Assembly (NCBI GenBank): GCA_025786725.1
Contig: JAHLTZ010000018.1
Span: forward strand, 186,001-250,000
Direction: 5' to 3'
Origin: Syncephalis fuscata S228
Taxonomy: Eukaryota > Fungi > Zoopagomycota
DNA length: 64,000 bases
Shown here: positions 11,658 through 23,652 of the stretch, piece after piece
Numbering within the stretch: the first letter of the stretch is position 1
Layout of the letters: each line of letters begins with the position of its first letter
Translations under genes and position numbers: made by a program
Notes under the pieces: model-generated
What the model was told of the DNA's origin: nothing
Databases searched by the model: none
The model's input: the letters and a program-made list of their open reading frames with translations, nothing else

Positions 11658-13204
11658 AATCTTTATTATATCATTATACAAGGAAAGAGATCTAACGTTG
11701 TATCAGCTTTTTCTTTTCCGTTAAACCGCAGCGTGCACCTGCCTTGGTAAATTAAGACTATTGGCTATACACGCCTTTACGTGCATATTCTCTTACGCTC
11801 TCTTACTCATGCTCATACATTGGACAAACTAAAACCAATATGAATCAAAGCTAAGGTGGCTCGCCTTGCGCAATGATGAACGTGAAAATTTTCTTGAAAC
11901 AATAAACAAGCATTTATTTCCCAAATCGCCGAGTGCATTGCATGTAGCAATCAGACTGGTTATTAAATGATCCCATTTAAGAGCACACTCTGTATTATGT
12001 ATCTGCGAAGGTACTTGACTGGTAATAAAATCAGCGTCTACTATCTATCCATTCTTAATGGCTAAGCTACTACTATATTTCAGTAAGACGGAGATGACAG
12101 GTGCAAATGAGTGGGGGTTAATATAGGTAACCAATAACTGTGGTTTTGTAAAATATGGCACCGTATATTCAAGCAATGCTCAGTCAGGCGATTCTATAAT
12201 TTTATTGTTCCTGTAGTACTTGCTAGACACGCATGTATGGACCCAAATCACACATAGAAACAATGAGCTTTTCATCAAACACACATGCCACACGAGCAAT
12301 ATGTTCCTTGCTAAAAGCACTTGGTGCTAAAAAAGATATACATACCTAAGTATAGTATTGGCATTCACGTTATAAGTATTGACGATATAGTTATAATTAT
12401 ATCAGCCAATAGTATTTGCATAATTCGTGCGACTGTTCATTACAATCAGTACTGCCGTGGTTTTGAAGGCTATCACTACGGTCGGTCAATGTCAACACAC
12501 AATTTTCTATTCCCGAATTGTGACTATCAAAACCGTAATGTCAAGTGCTTTTTGCAAGGGACATATCGCCTGTGTGGCACGTGTGTTTAGTGGAGAATCA
12601 ATTGTTTCAAATATGGATCAGTTCCATACATGTGTGTCTAGCAAGTACTACAGAAAACAATAAATTATAGAATCGCCTGACTAAGCATTGCTTGAATATA
12701 CGGTGCTATATTTTACAAAGCCACAGCTATTAATTACCTATGGTGGCCTTTATTCTTTCGTTACTTGGCAGCTTTGTCTTACAAGATTATAGCAAATAAC
12801 TTAGCTATTAAGAATGAATAGATAGTTGACACTGGTCTTATTACCCGTCAAATGCCTTCACAGGTACATAATATGGAATGCGCTTTTAAACAAATTATTT
12901 AATAACCAGTCTGATTGCTACATGCAATACACGCAATGATTTGGAAAATGAACATTCGTTTACTGTTTCAAGAAAATTCTTGTATTCATCATAACTCAGA
13001 GCAAACCACCTTAGCTTTGGTTCATGTTGGTTTTAGTTTGTCCAATGTATGAGCGCAAATAAGAAAGCGTAAGAGAATACGCATGTAAAGGCGTGTATAG
13101 TCAATAGTTTTAGTTTACCAAGGCAGGTGCATGCTGCAGTTTAACGGAAAAAAAGCTGATACAATGTTAGACTTCTTTTCTTGTATCGCTATTTAATAAA
13201 AATT
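11658..13204. repeat. long inverted repeat (arms ~11658-12323 and ~12542-13204, ~220-bp spacer) derived from the NUS1 3' region
   Basis: Arms are reverse complements at roughly 80% identity by eye (e.g. GCACCTGCCTTGGTAAA / TTTACCAAGGCAGGTGC). Left arm plus spacer matches ~14975-15778 in direct orientation. Confidence 0.92.
11915..12528 (-). pseudogene. NUS1 partial pseudogene (end of exon 1 to stop codon, introns retained)
   Basis: Degenerate copy of the NUS1 exons and introns ending ...CGATTTGGGAAATAA (RFGK*), with a 1-nt deletion in the last exon. Confidence 0.85.
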
Positions 13205-13919
13205 GGGTTCGTTAACTGGTTTTGATTGCCATATTTTATTAAATAAAAGTATTTAAAAAATAAGAAATAAATATGACTGTATTTAAAAAGCATCAGGCTA
13301 CAAAATGTAATGCCCTTTGATGTGAGCTGGCTTTAAGCATGTGGATGAAATTGTATTGGTTAGCTAATATTACTTTGATAATACCTTTATTTGCTATTCG
13401 TCACCAATTATCACAATTCAACCATAATAGACTAAATAACTTGTATAATACTAGTAGAAATAAATAATACTAAAATGCATACTTGATTTAAGTTTGACAA
13501 TTTATTATGCTTATTGTTGTTAAAATTATTAACACAAACTTCTTGCTAAAGCCATTTATTTCATTTAGTCATTTAAAATTGAAGGCAGGGCACGATTATA
13601 CTAAACTGCTGCACTTTTATTTCATTAATAATGACAAGGCATTTGAATATTGGCATTGAAATTATCTAGTGCCATACACAGATACTAACTGAAAAATCAC
13701 CGAGGCGTGAGACTTGTAGACCTTTCAGATGAGCGCAATAACATATTACTCAAATTAAATATACATTCTTTTTTAAAAGTTTTTATTTAAAAACCAAAAG
13801 TATGATACTATAAACATAAAAAATAACGATAATTTGCATGATATTATTGTGCTTTCAAAAATATATCAAATCAATAAAACGCAGCAATACTTGTTTAAAA
13901 AGCTAAAGAAATTATGCGT

Positions 13920-14810
13920 ATTTAAAATATACGCAAATAGATTATATAACCAGAAATTACTTAATTAGCGTCTAGTTACAAATGTTGACACCGACCACAG
14001 TACTAGTCCAAGAAAATAATGCAATAATTAAACTTTCGATGCAATATTTCTTACCCACAACTGATTACTTGTCAGAAAAAAAAATACTGATAAATGAGAC
14101 GGTTTAGGTGGTGAAAAAAAGCGAAGGAAGTAGCCAATAAAAAGTTGATAGCGCATCCAAACAACACAGTTGTTAGACTGATCAGTATGCGCAAACAGCG
14201 GTAGTAATAATGGTAGGCTGTCCGCTATACTGACGCTGCATAATTGTTCAGCAATTATACTAGCAGTACTTTCTACATTGCTGCTGTCATATGTGTACAA
14301 CAGATGTACACGACGGATGTAATGGCTATATGTTACCAAAGTTGTCTTGTATTTTGGTTTGTTATAGATCTGCAGCAGTTTATTGCAGACAAAGAATTGT
14401 AAAACATGATTTTTACAACATATACTCAATATAATATAAAACAAAAATAAAAATACACTTATTTTATTAATAAAAATGGCAATACTAACTATCGGAGTCA
14501 AAGAAGGTATTTTGTAAAAAAGATCAGATTACAAAAGAGCAATGCAAGTAAATAGCGTAAAAAGTACTTGTATTTAAACTAGTAGTCAGTTAACTACTGA
14601 TTCTATCTAGATATTATATATAGAATGTACAAATATATGTAATAGATATCTGTTATCAAGTGTAAAGAAAAGAATGGAAAGTGTAGTGACGTAGATTATG
14701 ATATGCGTTGTTAATATGAATGAATTAGTACTGATATCATTTGACATCAAAACTACTCATTATCATAGAACATGTTCATCAGTATAGTTGTGAGTATATT
14801 AAAAGAACTA
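13920..14810. repeat. dispersed repeat family A, copy 2 (with an internal ~180-bp insertion)
   Basis: 14525-14794 is nearly identical to 22264-22532, and the copy is similar to 7540-8345. Confidence 0.85.
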
Positions 14811-15159
14811 AATTACTATAATAAAAGCCATTTTATCATTAAGACTGCTCATTATCATAGAAGCGAATATAAGTAGTAAAAATAATTAATGTATTAAAAA
14901 ATCTTTAACATCAGTGCCATTTATTTTCACAAATTTAGAGAAATGTATATGTTTCTTCTTGTCTATTGAACAACAATGCACACCTGCCTTGGTAGACTAA
15001 ATCCACTGACTATATATACACACACCTAGACACGCGTATTCTCTTACTCTTTTTCACTTGTGCACATATACATTGAACAAGCTAAACCAATATGTACTAA
15101 TGCTAAAGCAGTCTGTTTCGCGTAGTGATAAACATAAAACTTGAACGATAAACGTTTGT

Positions 15160-16690
15160 TTATTTCCCAAATCGTTGAGTGCATTGCGCGTAGCGATACA
15201 GACCGGTTATTAAATGGTCCCGTTTAAGAGCACCTTCCATACTATGCACCTGTGAAGATACTTGACTGGCAATAAAACCAGTGTCAACCATCTATTCATT
15301 CTTAATAGCTAAGCTACTTACTATATTTCAGTAAGACGAAGATGCCAGGGCGCAAATGAGTGAAGACCATCATAGGTAATTAATAGCTGTGGCTCCGTAA
15401 AATATGGCACTGTATATTCAAGCAGTGATTAGTAAAGAAATTCTATACTTTTATTGTTCTCCCTGTAGTACTTACCGGACACACGCGTATGGAACCGATC
15501 CACATCCGGAACAATAGACTCTTCGCCAAATACACGGGCAACACGGGCAATATGCTCCTTGCCAAAAGCACTTGATGCTAAAAAGATGCGCATATCTATA
15601 TATAGTACAGGCATCCATGTTGTAAGTATTGACAATATAGCTATAATTATACCAGCCAGTAATACTCACCTGGTTCACGCAACTGATCATCATAATCAGT
15701 ACTGCCGTGGCTTTGAAGGCTATTACTACGGCCAGTTAATGCCAACAAATGGTCTTCTGTTCCCGAATTATAGCCATCTTGGTCATGGAAGCTACTATTG
15801 TCTCCAGACACAGGTGTAGCTGCACCACTTTTGGTAAAACGTTCAAGGGCTGGTGCTTCTAATACCATCCAACGCATTGTATGGCGTTTATTGTCACTGC
15901 CAAATACACGGCGTTCTGCTCTGGCTGTTGCCTTTCGTAGTCGATTCACTCTTGTTTGCCATAGACCGTCTCTAGTGCCATTGCCATCATCATCATCATT
16001 ATCTTGATTGCGTTTATTATGGTCATTGTCCTCTATATCCGGTGCATAAAGAGTCACTTGCTGAATACCTGCTGCTAAACACCAGCAAATCCAATCGGCC
16101 AGTTGATGAAGTGCCGCCTCTTCCTCGCTTAATGATACTGAAACGCCATGGATGCGTACACGGGTCATTTTATTCTGCCTGGATAAATCAGGCCGTTGTT
16201 TTTGTTGCGCAGTATGATCTGTGTCGTGGTGGCCACTACTACCATTGCTGCTAGTAGTTAGTGCACGAGCACAGGCCGCGGGTATTACGAGTGCCAGATG
16301 TTGTGGTCGTTTAGGGAGCGGTGCCGTTTCAGCTCTGATTTCAGCGGCCATCGTGTCGTTAATTGGTGATAGTTGTTGTTTCGCGTCGTTCAAGTTACCA
16401 GCACTCTCCTTGCCTTGTTGTATAGCAAGGAGACGTTGAAACTGTGTTGATAACTCGGATTTCAGCGTACTATAGCATTGTAGCATCCATACCAAACCGC
16501 TACAAACTGACAAGTAAAAGCATGCACAACAGGCCATCCAATAGGAGCCATTATCATCCTCAGGCTCTTTGCAATGGCGATCGCGGTAATTACGATCCGC
16601 TATAGACTCAAGCGAGTCATCTCCAGTCAAGATCGCAGCAGTCAAGCTGGATAAAGACTTTTGTGTGGTCGTGCCTGCAGTAGGCGTCAT
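15160..16690 (-). CDS. NUS1: NUS1 / Nogo-B receptor, dehydrodolichyl diphosphate synthase complex subunit
   Basis: Exons 16690-15670, 15595-15476, 15409-15322 and 15265-15160 splice in frame: PKRPQHLALVI...WCLAAGIQQVTLY...EPQLLITYDGLHSFAPWHLRLTEIY...YAQCTQRFGK*, ending in the canonical C-terminal RxG motif. Confidence 0.93.
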
Positions 16691-17126
16691 TACTCTACTA
16701 TACTGGCAATGATCTTTCTCGTTGCTTTATTCACGCTCAATGTCTGAATCTTTATAGAAACAGGCCGTTGTAAGATGTAGAAGAATAAAGAAAACACAAG
16801 TACACGATCGTTGTAGCTGGAAACGGAACAGCAAGCAATAAGCGTTTATGGCAAGGGAAAACAAACGATGGGCGACTAAGCCAAGACTCAACGACTTCAC
16901 CTTTTGACAGGCGCTTTAGCTACTAGGAAAACACATAAACATGTCTTTTACTCTCCTTCTATTACTTTTTTAGATTTTATTAATAGTATTAGAATCTATT
17001 CCTTTATTTATCCATTTTCACGTGCCAGTGGCTATTGCATGTACTGGTGCCGATATACAATACCGCCTATTGTGTATCCGTTTATACTACAATGTGGTGC
17101 TATTGAACGTGAGTGGTCTATACAGT

Positions 17127-17514
17127 ATGCTATCACTTCACTCTTGCCGTCCTCGACTATGTTGCTTTGGTGTACTTGGACTCATCTGTCTGACTGTACT
17201 CATTGCGATGACCCTTTATTTGCAAAAAGTAGAAACAGAAAACCTGCTATTACTTGGTAGGAAACAACCGGCTATGGAATCAACACAACAAGTCACGTCT
17301 TATCTATCGCCATTGACTGAAAACAAAGAACAAGCGTCGACATCGTGGTGGTGGCCACGATCAAATGGTTGGCGCGGTCAATCACTTGATATAAATGATG
17401 ACGATAGTAAGTGCAAGTATGGCATCCTAATAGACGATTAATCGTATTATAGAATGTACAGACGACTGCCGTGCACCACCATCTCGTCATCCATCCAAGC
17501 AATTGCTTGTATAG
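17127..17514 (+). CDS. small single-pass membrane protein, unknown
   Basis: MLSLHSCRPRLCCFGVLGLICLTVLIAMTLYLQK (TM); GT-AG intron 17407-17452; ends KCTDDCRAPPSRHPSKQLLV*. Confidence 0.5.
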
Positions 17515-17761
17515 CTTAATTAACTATACTAATTCTGTTAACAGGCGTAATAATAACTAATAGAGTCTATTAACAAGTGCACTAATCATCAGCAAATTCT
17601 ATCAACAAATATATTAATTATCAATAAATTTTATTAACAAATGTATTAATTGTGTCTTTTATCCCATTATATAAATAAATAGATGTGACATGATTTTTTT
17701 TCTTTTTTTTTCTTAATTTTACCTTTTCAATCTATACTACAACGACGACTACGACCAGATC

Positions 17762-17945
17762 ATGTCGCTGTTGCGCTTTGAATCTCACGAATACTTTCGA
17801 CAGCGCTTGATTCTGGCCACGTTAAGTGGAAGACCGGTGCGTATAGACAATATTCGTTCTAATGACGACAACCCTGGTCTGCGTGGTAGGTAGCGCTGTT
17901 AGGCTACACTCGCTGGCTTATGAATAACCATATAAAGAAAATGGC

Positions 17946-17984
<39 letters not shown>

Positions 17985-19176
17985 TAAATAGACTTTGAGG
18001 CAGGCATACTACGTTTACTTGAAAAGGCTACCAATGGTTCAGTGATTGAAATAAGTTATACAGGTACAACAGTTGTTTATCGCCCAGGTTCATTGTTGGT
18101 GGACGAGTTCAACATGATTGCGGCACAGAACGCGGTATTGGCTACTACCTGGAAATGTTGGTAGCATTGGCACCTTTTACAAAGATACCATTCCACGCCA
18201 CACTTACAGGTATTACAAGTGACAATGTTGATTTATCGGTTAGTTGATAATAAATACTCATTACTTGCAGTATAATTTACTGATTACAATCTAGGTGGAT
18301 ACTATACGTACAGTCACTCTAGTTAACTTAAAACGATGGGGTCTAGATGTAGGCATTGAACTTAAGGTGATTGATACAACCAATCCACTATGAAGCCTAT
18401 TAATATGATGGTAGATTAATAAGCGTGGTGCACCACCCTTGGGAGGCGGTGAAGTAACCTTTCATTGCCCTAATGTACGTACATTAAAGCCTGTTCAATT
18501 TATTGATGAAGGAAAGATAAAGCGTGTACGTGGCATTGCATATTCCACTCGTGTATCGCCACAAACTGCCAATCGTATGGTTGATGCAGCCCGTAATATT
18601 CTTGGTGAATATGTACCCGATGTCTATGTATATACCGATCATTACAAAGGACAAGAAAGTGGCCGGTAATTAGCATACCATTTTAAATATTCAATATGTA
18701 ACTAACAAGTTTAACAGATCACCAGGTTTCGCTCTTTCTTTAGTGGCTGAATCAACGACCGGTGCACTATTATCAACCGAATTAGCAGCTGAGGCTGGTC
18801 AAACACCAGAAGAACTTGGTGAACGTGCTGCCTACATGCTATTACAAGAAATACGTCGTGGTGGATGCTTCGACGTGGCCCATCAATGGATTGTTTTATT
18901 ATGGATGGTATTATGTTCAGAGGATGTTTCTAAAGTACGACTGGGTCCATTAACACCTTTTACGTAAGTTATATGATTAATGATAAATTAATGAGCAATG
19001 ATCAATGATTACTAATTAATATTTTTATTTTATTTTCTATCAGAATACAATTTTTACGAGATATCAAAAAGGCTTTTGGCACCATATTCAAGGTGGTTGA
19101 AGATACCAAAACCGAAACATTATTATTAAGCTGTGTCGGTACCGGCTACACGAATGTTAACAAAAAGACCACTTGA
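17762..19176 (+). CDS. RCL1: RCL1 RNA 3'-terminal phosphate cyclase-like 18S rRNA processing factor
   Basis: FRQRLILATLSGRPVRIDNIR...PGLR, INKRGAPPLGGGEV, GKIKRVRGIAYSTRVSPQTANRM, GTGYTNVNK; multi-exon; one apparent 1-nt deletion near 18090. Confidence 0.95.
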
Positions 19177-19918
19177 TCATTTTTCTCTTTGTAACCATTT
19201 ACATCCATTAACCAACCAACCAATCAGCGCTAATAAAACAAGGGTATGTCCCCACTCTTTCCTGTCAACCACGCCCTCGCACCCAGGCCGAGATAATTTA
19301 AAAGCGCCCAACTCTCTTCCTTTTCCCCCACTGCTGCTGCTTTGGCTGCTAGTTGCCACACTGCTGCTCTCTAAAAGCATAAATAGGTTGTTACTACTGC
19401 TATTGCGGTCATTGTTTGATTGATAGTCTGGTCAAAGGAGCCCATCCTACTTGTTGTTATTGTTGTCGCTGTTGTTGTTGCTGCTGCTGCTGCATATAGG
19501 CACACACCAGCCAGCTATTGCCTCGTCTGTGCCTTATCGTCTATTTATCCTACGTTGACTATCACTTTGGTTGACACGCGCGCGCATCTTTGATTGTTCC
19601 TTTGAATTGACCAAGACGACAGTGAAAGGATTGTGACCTATTTCTGACCCTTATATCTTTTCTTTACTTGAATCGCTACCGCTTGTTATTCATTGAGCTT
19701 TATATTGTTGATTGGTGGCGATTAGTGCCCATAGTCGATAATACACGAGGCGATCAGCGTGGTGTGTGTATGTGTGTGTATGCGAAAGTGTTAAACTGAA
19801 AAGGTGTGTATGTATCTATATGCATATGGATATTTATGGATACAGTAACAACGATAACAACAATATTAATGACAAACATATAATAAATAGCGAAAATTAG
19901 TACACTCGTAATAATAAC

Positions 19919-21280
19919 ATGTCAGTCAGTCTGGTAAGTAAATTATTGATATGTATGCTGTTTATTACTAATGCTTGTTATAGGGTGCATTATATCGCGC
20001 CATCATGATGATGTGGTACGCAATGTGCAAAGGGATTTTGAAGAACATGAAATAGACGAGACAGTGCTCAATGAACTGAAGCGGGTAAATAATAAAGAGA
20101 GAGAGAGAGAAGCGAGCTTAGTAATTAGATTAAAATGAATAATAACCATAAACATAATAATGTTTAACTGATACAGTCTTGGGAATTAAAAGTGGCACAA
20201 ATGCAAGTTGTAAATGCATTTCCACTAAGTGAAGGAGCTGATGGCAATGGTAACTATCCACCTGGATCCGAGGCATTAACTACAGTGCCTAGTGGAGGTG
20301 CCACCAGTGCTGATGGACTGGGTGGCCATGATGTAAGTATATTGTAGTATTGATAATGCGTATATTTATATTTATATATATTTATATATGTATAAACAAA
20401 TAATAGACCAATTCATTTGGTGCAGCAAGTCTTGCTTCATTGGTGGCCCCAAATCAAATGGAATCATCATCACACCTATCCACTCTTTCTGTAAGTAATA
20501 CAGCACAGTATATTATATTATAGCAATAATAAAGTCATATTCTAATCCTATTAATTTAGGAGAATACGAATACGACTATTGATGGTGTTCAAGTGAAACA
20601 AGATCCTGGTGCCAATTCTCCAACCAGATCAGGTGCTTTAATGGATAATCATGGTACGACAAATGCTCGTGATAACGATGGTAATACAGCATCCGAATCT
20701 AACGTGAGTAACTATAATATGTATATTAATATTATATTAATACTATAATAATAATAATAATAGAATGCTCAAACAACAACAGCATCATCAAATGCTGCAC
20801 TAAACACCACTAATGGAGATGATGGAGCTGCTACGTCAAATCAACATCAAACTACAACCGACGCTGATCGACATGGATCAGGACAGAATGGTCATGCATC
20901 AGGCCGTAAAGCACGTCGTCTTAATGATGGCACTGTAGAAACAGTACGTACCATCCAATAATATAAATCATATATTAATATATTATGTTTTAAACGACAA
21001 TAGAAAGACGATGAGGATGCAATTAATTCAGATTTGGATGACTCGGACGAAGAAGCAGGCAGTGGTGATGGCGATGAAGATACACCCAACATTATCCTAT
21101 GCCAATATGAAAAGGTAAGTAATAACCAACCACTATCTACATATTATTTGGCTAATACAAATGAATAAATAGGTTGCTCGTACAAAGAACAAATGGAAAT
21201 GCGTTTTAAAAGATGGTGTCATGACCATGGACGGTCGAGATTACGTATTTCATCGTGCTAATGGAGATTTTGAGTGGTAA
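19919..21280 (+). CDS. TOA1: transcription factor IIA large subunit
   Basis: N-terminal LYRAI.DDVVRNVQRDFEEHEIDETVLNELKR/SWELK; C-terminal INSDLDDSD...IILCQYEKVARTKNKWKCVLKDGVM..DGRDYVFHRANGDFEW*. Confidence 0.93.
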
Positions 21281-21415
21281 TTGTTTTACTTGCTCTCATC
21301 TTACCCTCTCGCTTTCTATCGCTTCTCATTTAATCTTTTCAATTTATCCTATTCATTATATACACACGTACATATATATCCATTATATATGTATAGAAAG
21401 ATGACTGAATACCAT

Positions 21416-21483
21416 TACTACTACTACCACTACTACTACAGCTACTACTACAGCTACTACTACAGCTACTACTACAGCTACTA
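21416..21483. repeat. TACTACTACAGC tandem minisatellite
   Basis: Direct reading; produces the spurious YYYS ORF. Confidence 0.9.
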
Positions 21484-22159
21484 TTCACCATGCCTTTCTA
21501 GCTACTACTTTTATCACAGTTGTGTTGTTTCCGTTGTCATGTTCATGTAAAGTTTGACATAAAGCTATTATCCATCTATCTTTGCTATCTATACATATAC
21601 ATCACATATACATATACACTAGTAATCATTCTATTAAAATTTATTTGTTTATTAGTTGTATGTATTTATTATCAATAGTCTATAATGACGATATACTTGC
21701 CTGCTATTAATCCAACCCATGTAACTATTATACTAATTGTCATAATAAGCATTATTGCTATTATTGCTATAAAAGACGCTGTAATGCCTATGTTTGTGTT
21801 GTTGGACCGGACAAGATGGCATGACACTCCATCTTTATTTCTGTCTAAATATTGCTATTATCTATTTTTATCTTTTCGTATTTATATATCACGGTCATGT
21901 TATTCTATTTCTAAATGTATCATTAAAAAATGACTACAGTGTTATTTGTATGTTGTTAAATATACATTGCTATACTACTATTGTATTTAGTTAATTGCAT
22001 GGTTATAAAATGCCACTGCAATATAATAGTTTAATAGTCATTTATTTGTGTGGCATTTCATACCATTAAGCAATTTGCTTTCTATCAATCATTTATTAAA
22101 CTTTATGTAATTTGGTGGTCAAATGATTACAAACAACAGCATTTCTGCAATTAAACTAA

Positions 22160-22532
22160 GCTGCTGTATGTTTCGGTTTGCTGTAGATCGCTACTGTAGA
22201 TTGTTTTAGAAGCAGCTATCAATGTCAATAATCGGAGTAAGGAAAATGGTTAGCAAAGAGAAGTCAGATTACAAAAGAACAATGCAAGTAAATAGCGTAA
22301 AAAGTACTTGTATTTAAACTAGTAGCCAGTTAACTACTGATTCTATCTAGATATTATATATAGAATGTATAATATATGTAATAGATATCTGTTATCAAGT
22401 GTGAAGAAAAGAATGGAAAGTGTAGTGACGTAGATTATGAGATGCGTTGTTAATATGAATGAATTAGTACTGATATCATTTGACATCAAAACTACCATTA
22501 TCATAGAACATGTTCATCAGTATAATTGTGAG
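22160..22532. repeat. dispersed repeat family A, copy 3 (partial)
   Basis: Near-identical to 14525-14794 over its last ~270 bp. Confidence 0.85.
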
Positions 22533-23652
22533 CAAAAATAGGTATTTTAGTTCTTTTTCTATATGTAAATATACATAATATTATTAAAATGGTCAGTTAT
22601 TATATTGACCGCTAGACAGTGAAGTTTTATATACAAATAACTATTATTATTATGACCGACACTGTAATGCATTATTACATATTATCTGACCCAACAAAGT
22701 GACATGACTTTTTCACTATCAATCCAACCTAAATCCTATTTCTACTTTTATCTATTTTTATCTCCTCTGTATTCGCACACATACACACACAAACATATGC
22801 CATCCAACCCATTCACTACCCAGTTTAAAAGGCCACCGCCAAGAAAGGCAATTTATGTGTGTGTGTGTGTGTGTATGGGTGGCTTATTCATAGTAATTAT
22901 CAAACTCAGATCATTGGCCACATCATTCACCGCCATAGTAAATATCTGTTCAATAGACTTGTCCACACGCCTAATTGGTGCATACCTCAATACACTCTTT
23001 CATATTGTGTTGCAGCAGCACTCTCTCTCTCACACGTTGCCTTTGATGCCAGTAAAGGAATGAAAACAAGCGATAACATCTCCTTTCTTGCTTTCTCTCC
23101 TCTCTCCTTCCTTCCTTATTCATTCTGGTTTTCTCGCTTTGAGATTTCTTGTTTTTTCTAGCATACCTGCAAGTACTTTCGTCCACTGCGGTCGCTACTT
23201 CATCTTGTTCTCATCATCACACTGCTTTAGCATATTTCCATTCTTTTTTATATACGCACTTATTTACTAGAAGCCATCATATACTTCTAGTTTGTACGTA
23301 TAGCTAATCAGCATTGGAGTCTGTTGTCCACTGTGTGTGTGTGTGTGATTGCTGACGTTTACTTTGTGTATTCGTTCATTTTGACTTCGAGTAATACGCG
23401 TGGGCGTCTATTCTCTATTACTGCATATCTAAACACTTTTACTTTGTTGTTGTTGTTGTTACTGTTATTGTCGCCACTGATAGCAGCTATAACTAACTAC
23501 ATTAACTACTATTACTTACACCGGTGCACAACTGTCAAGTCTATCGGTTCATTTCTTCAATTATTATTATTATTGTCGTGCTGGTAGCAACTATTACTGC
23601 CAACACAGCTATTAGTACTACTCATACCACTACTATCCATATCGTATAACAT

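Noticed and set aside
12321-12663. ORFs 12321-12590 and 12427-12663, with apparent homologues at 15559-15819 and 15429-15635
   Set aside because: These are antisense or partial readings of the NUS1 duplicate and of NUS1 itself, not independent genes.
21281-23587. Several 60-120-aa hydrophobic or Tyr-rich ORFs
   Set aside because: They arise from microsatellites and AT-rich UTR/intergenic sequence, with no motifs or coding-like composition.
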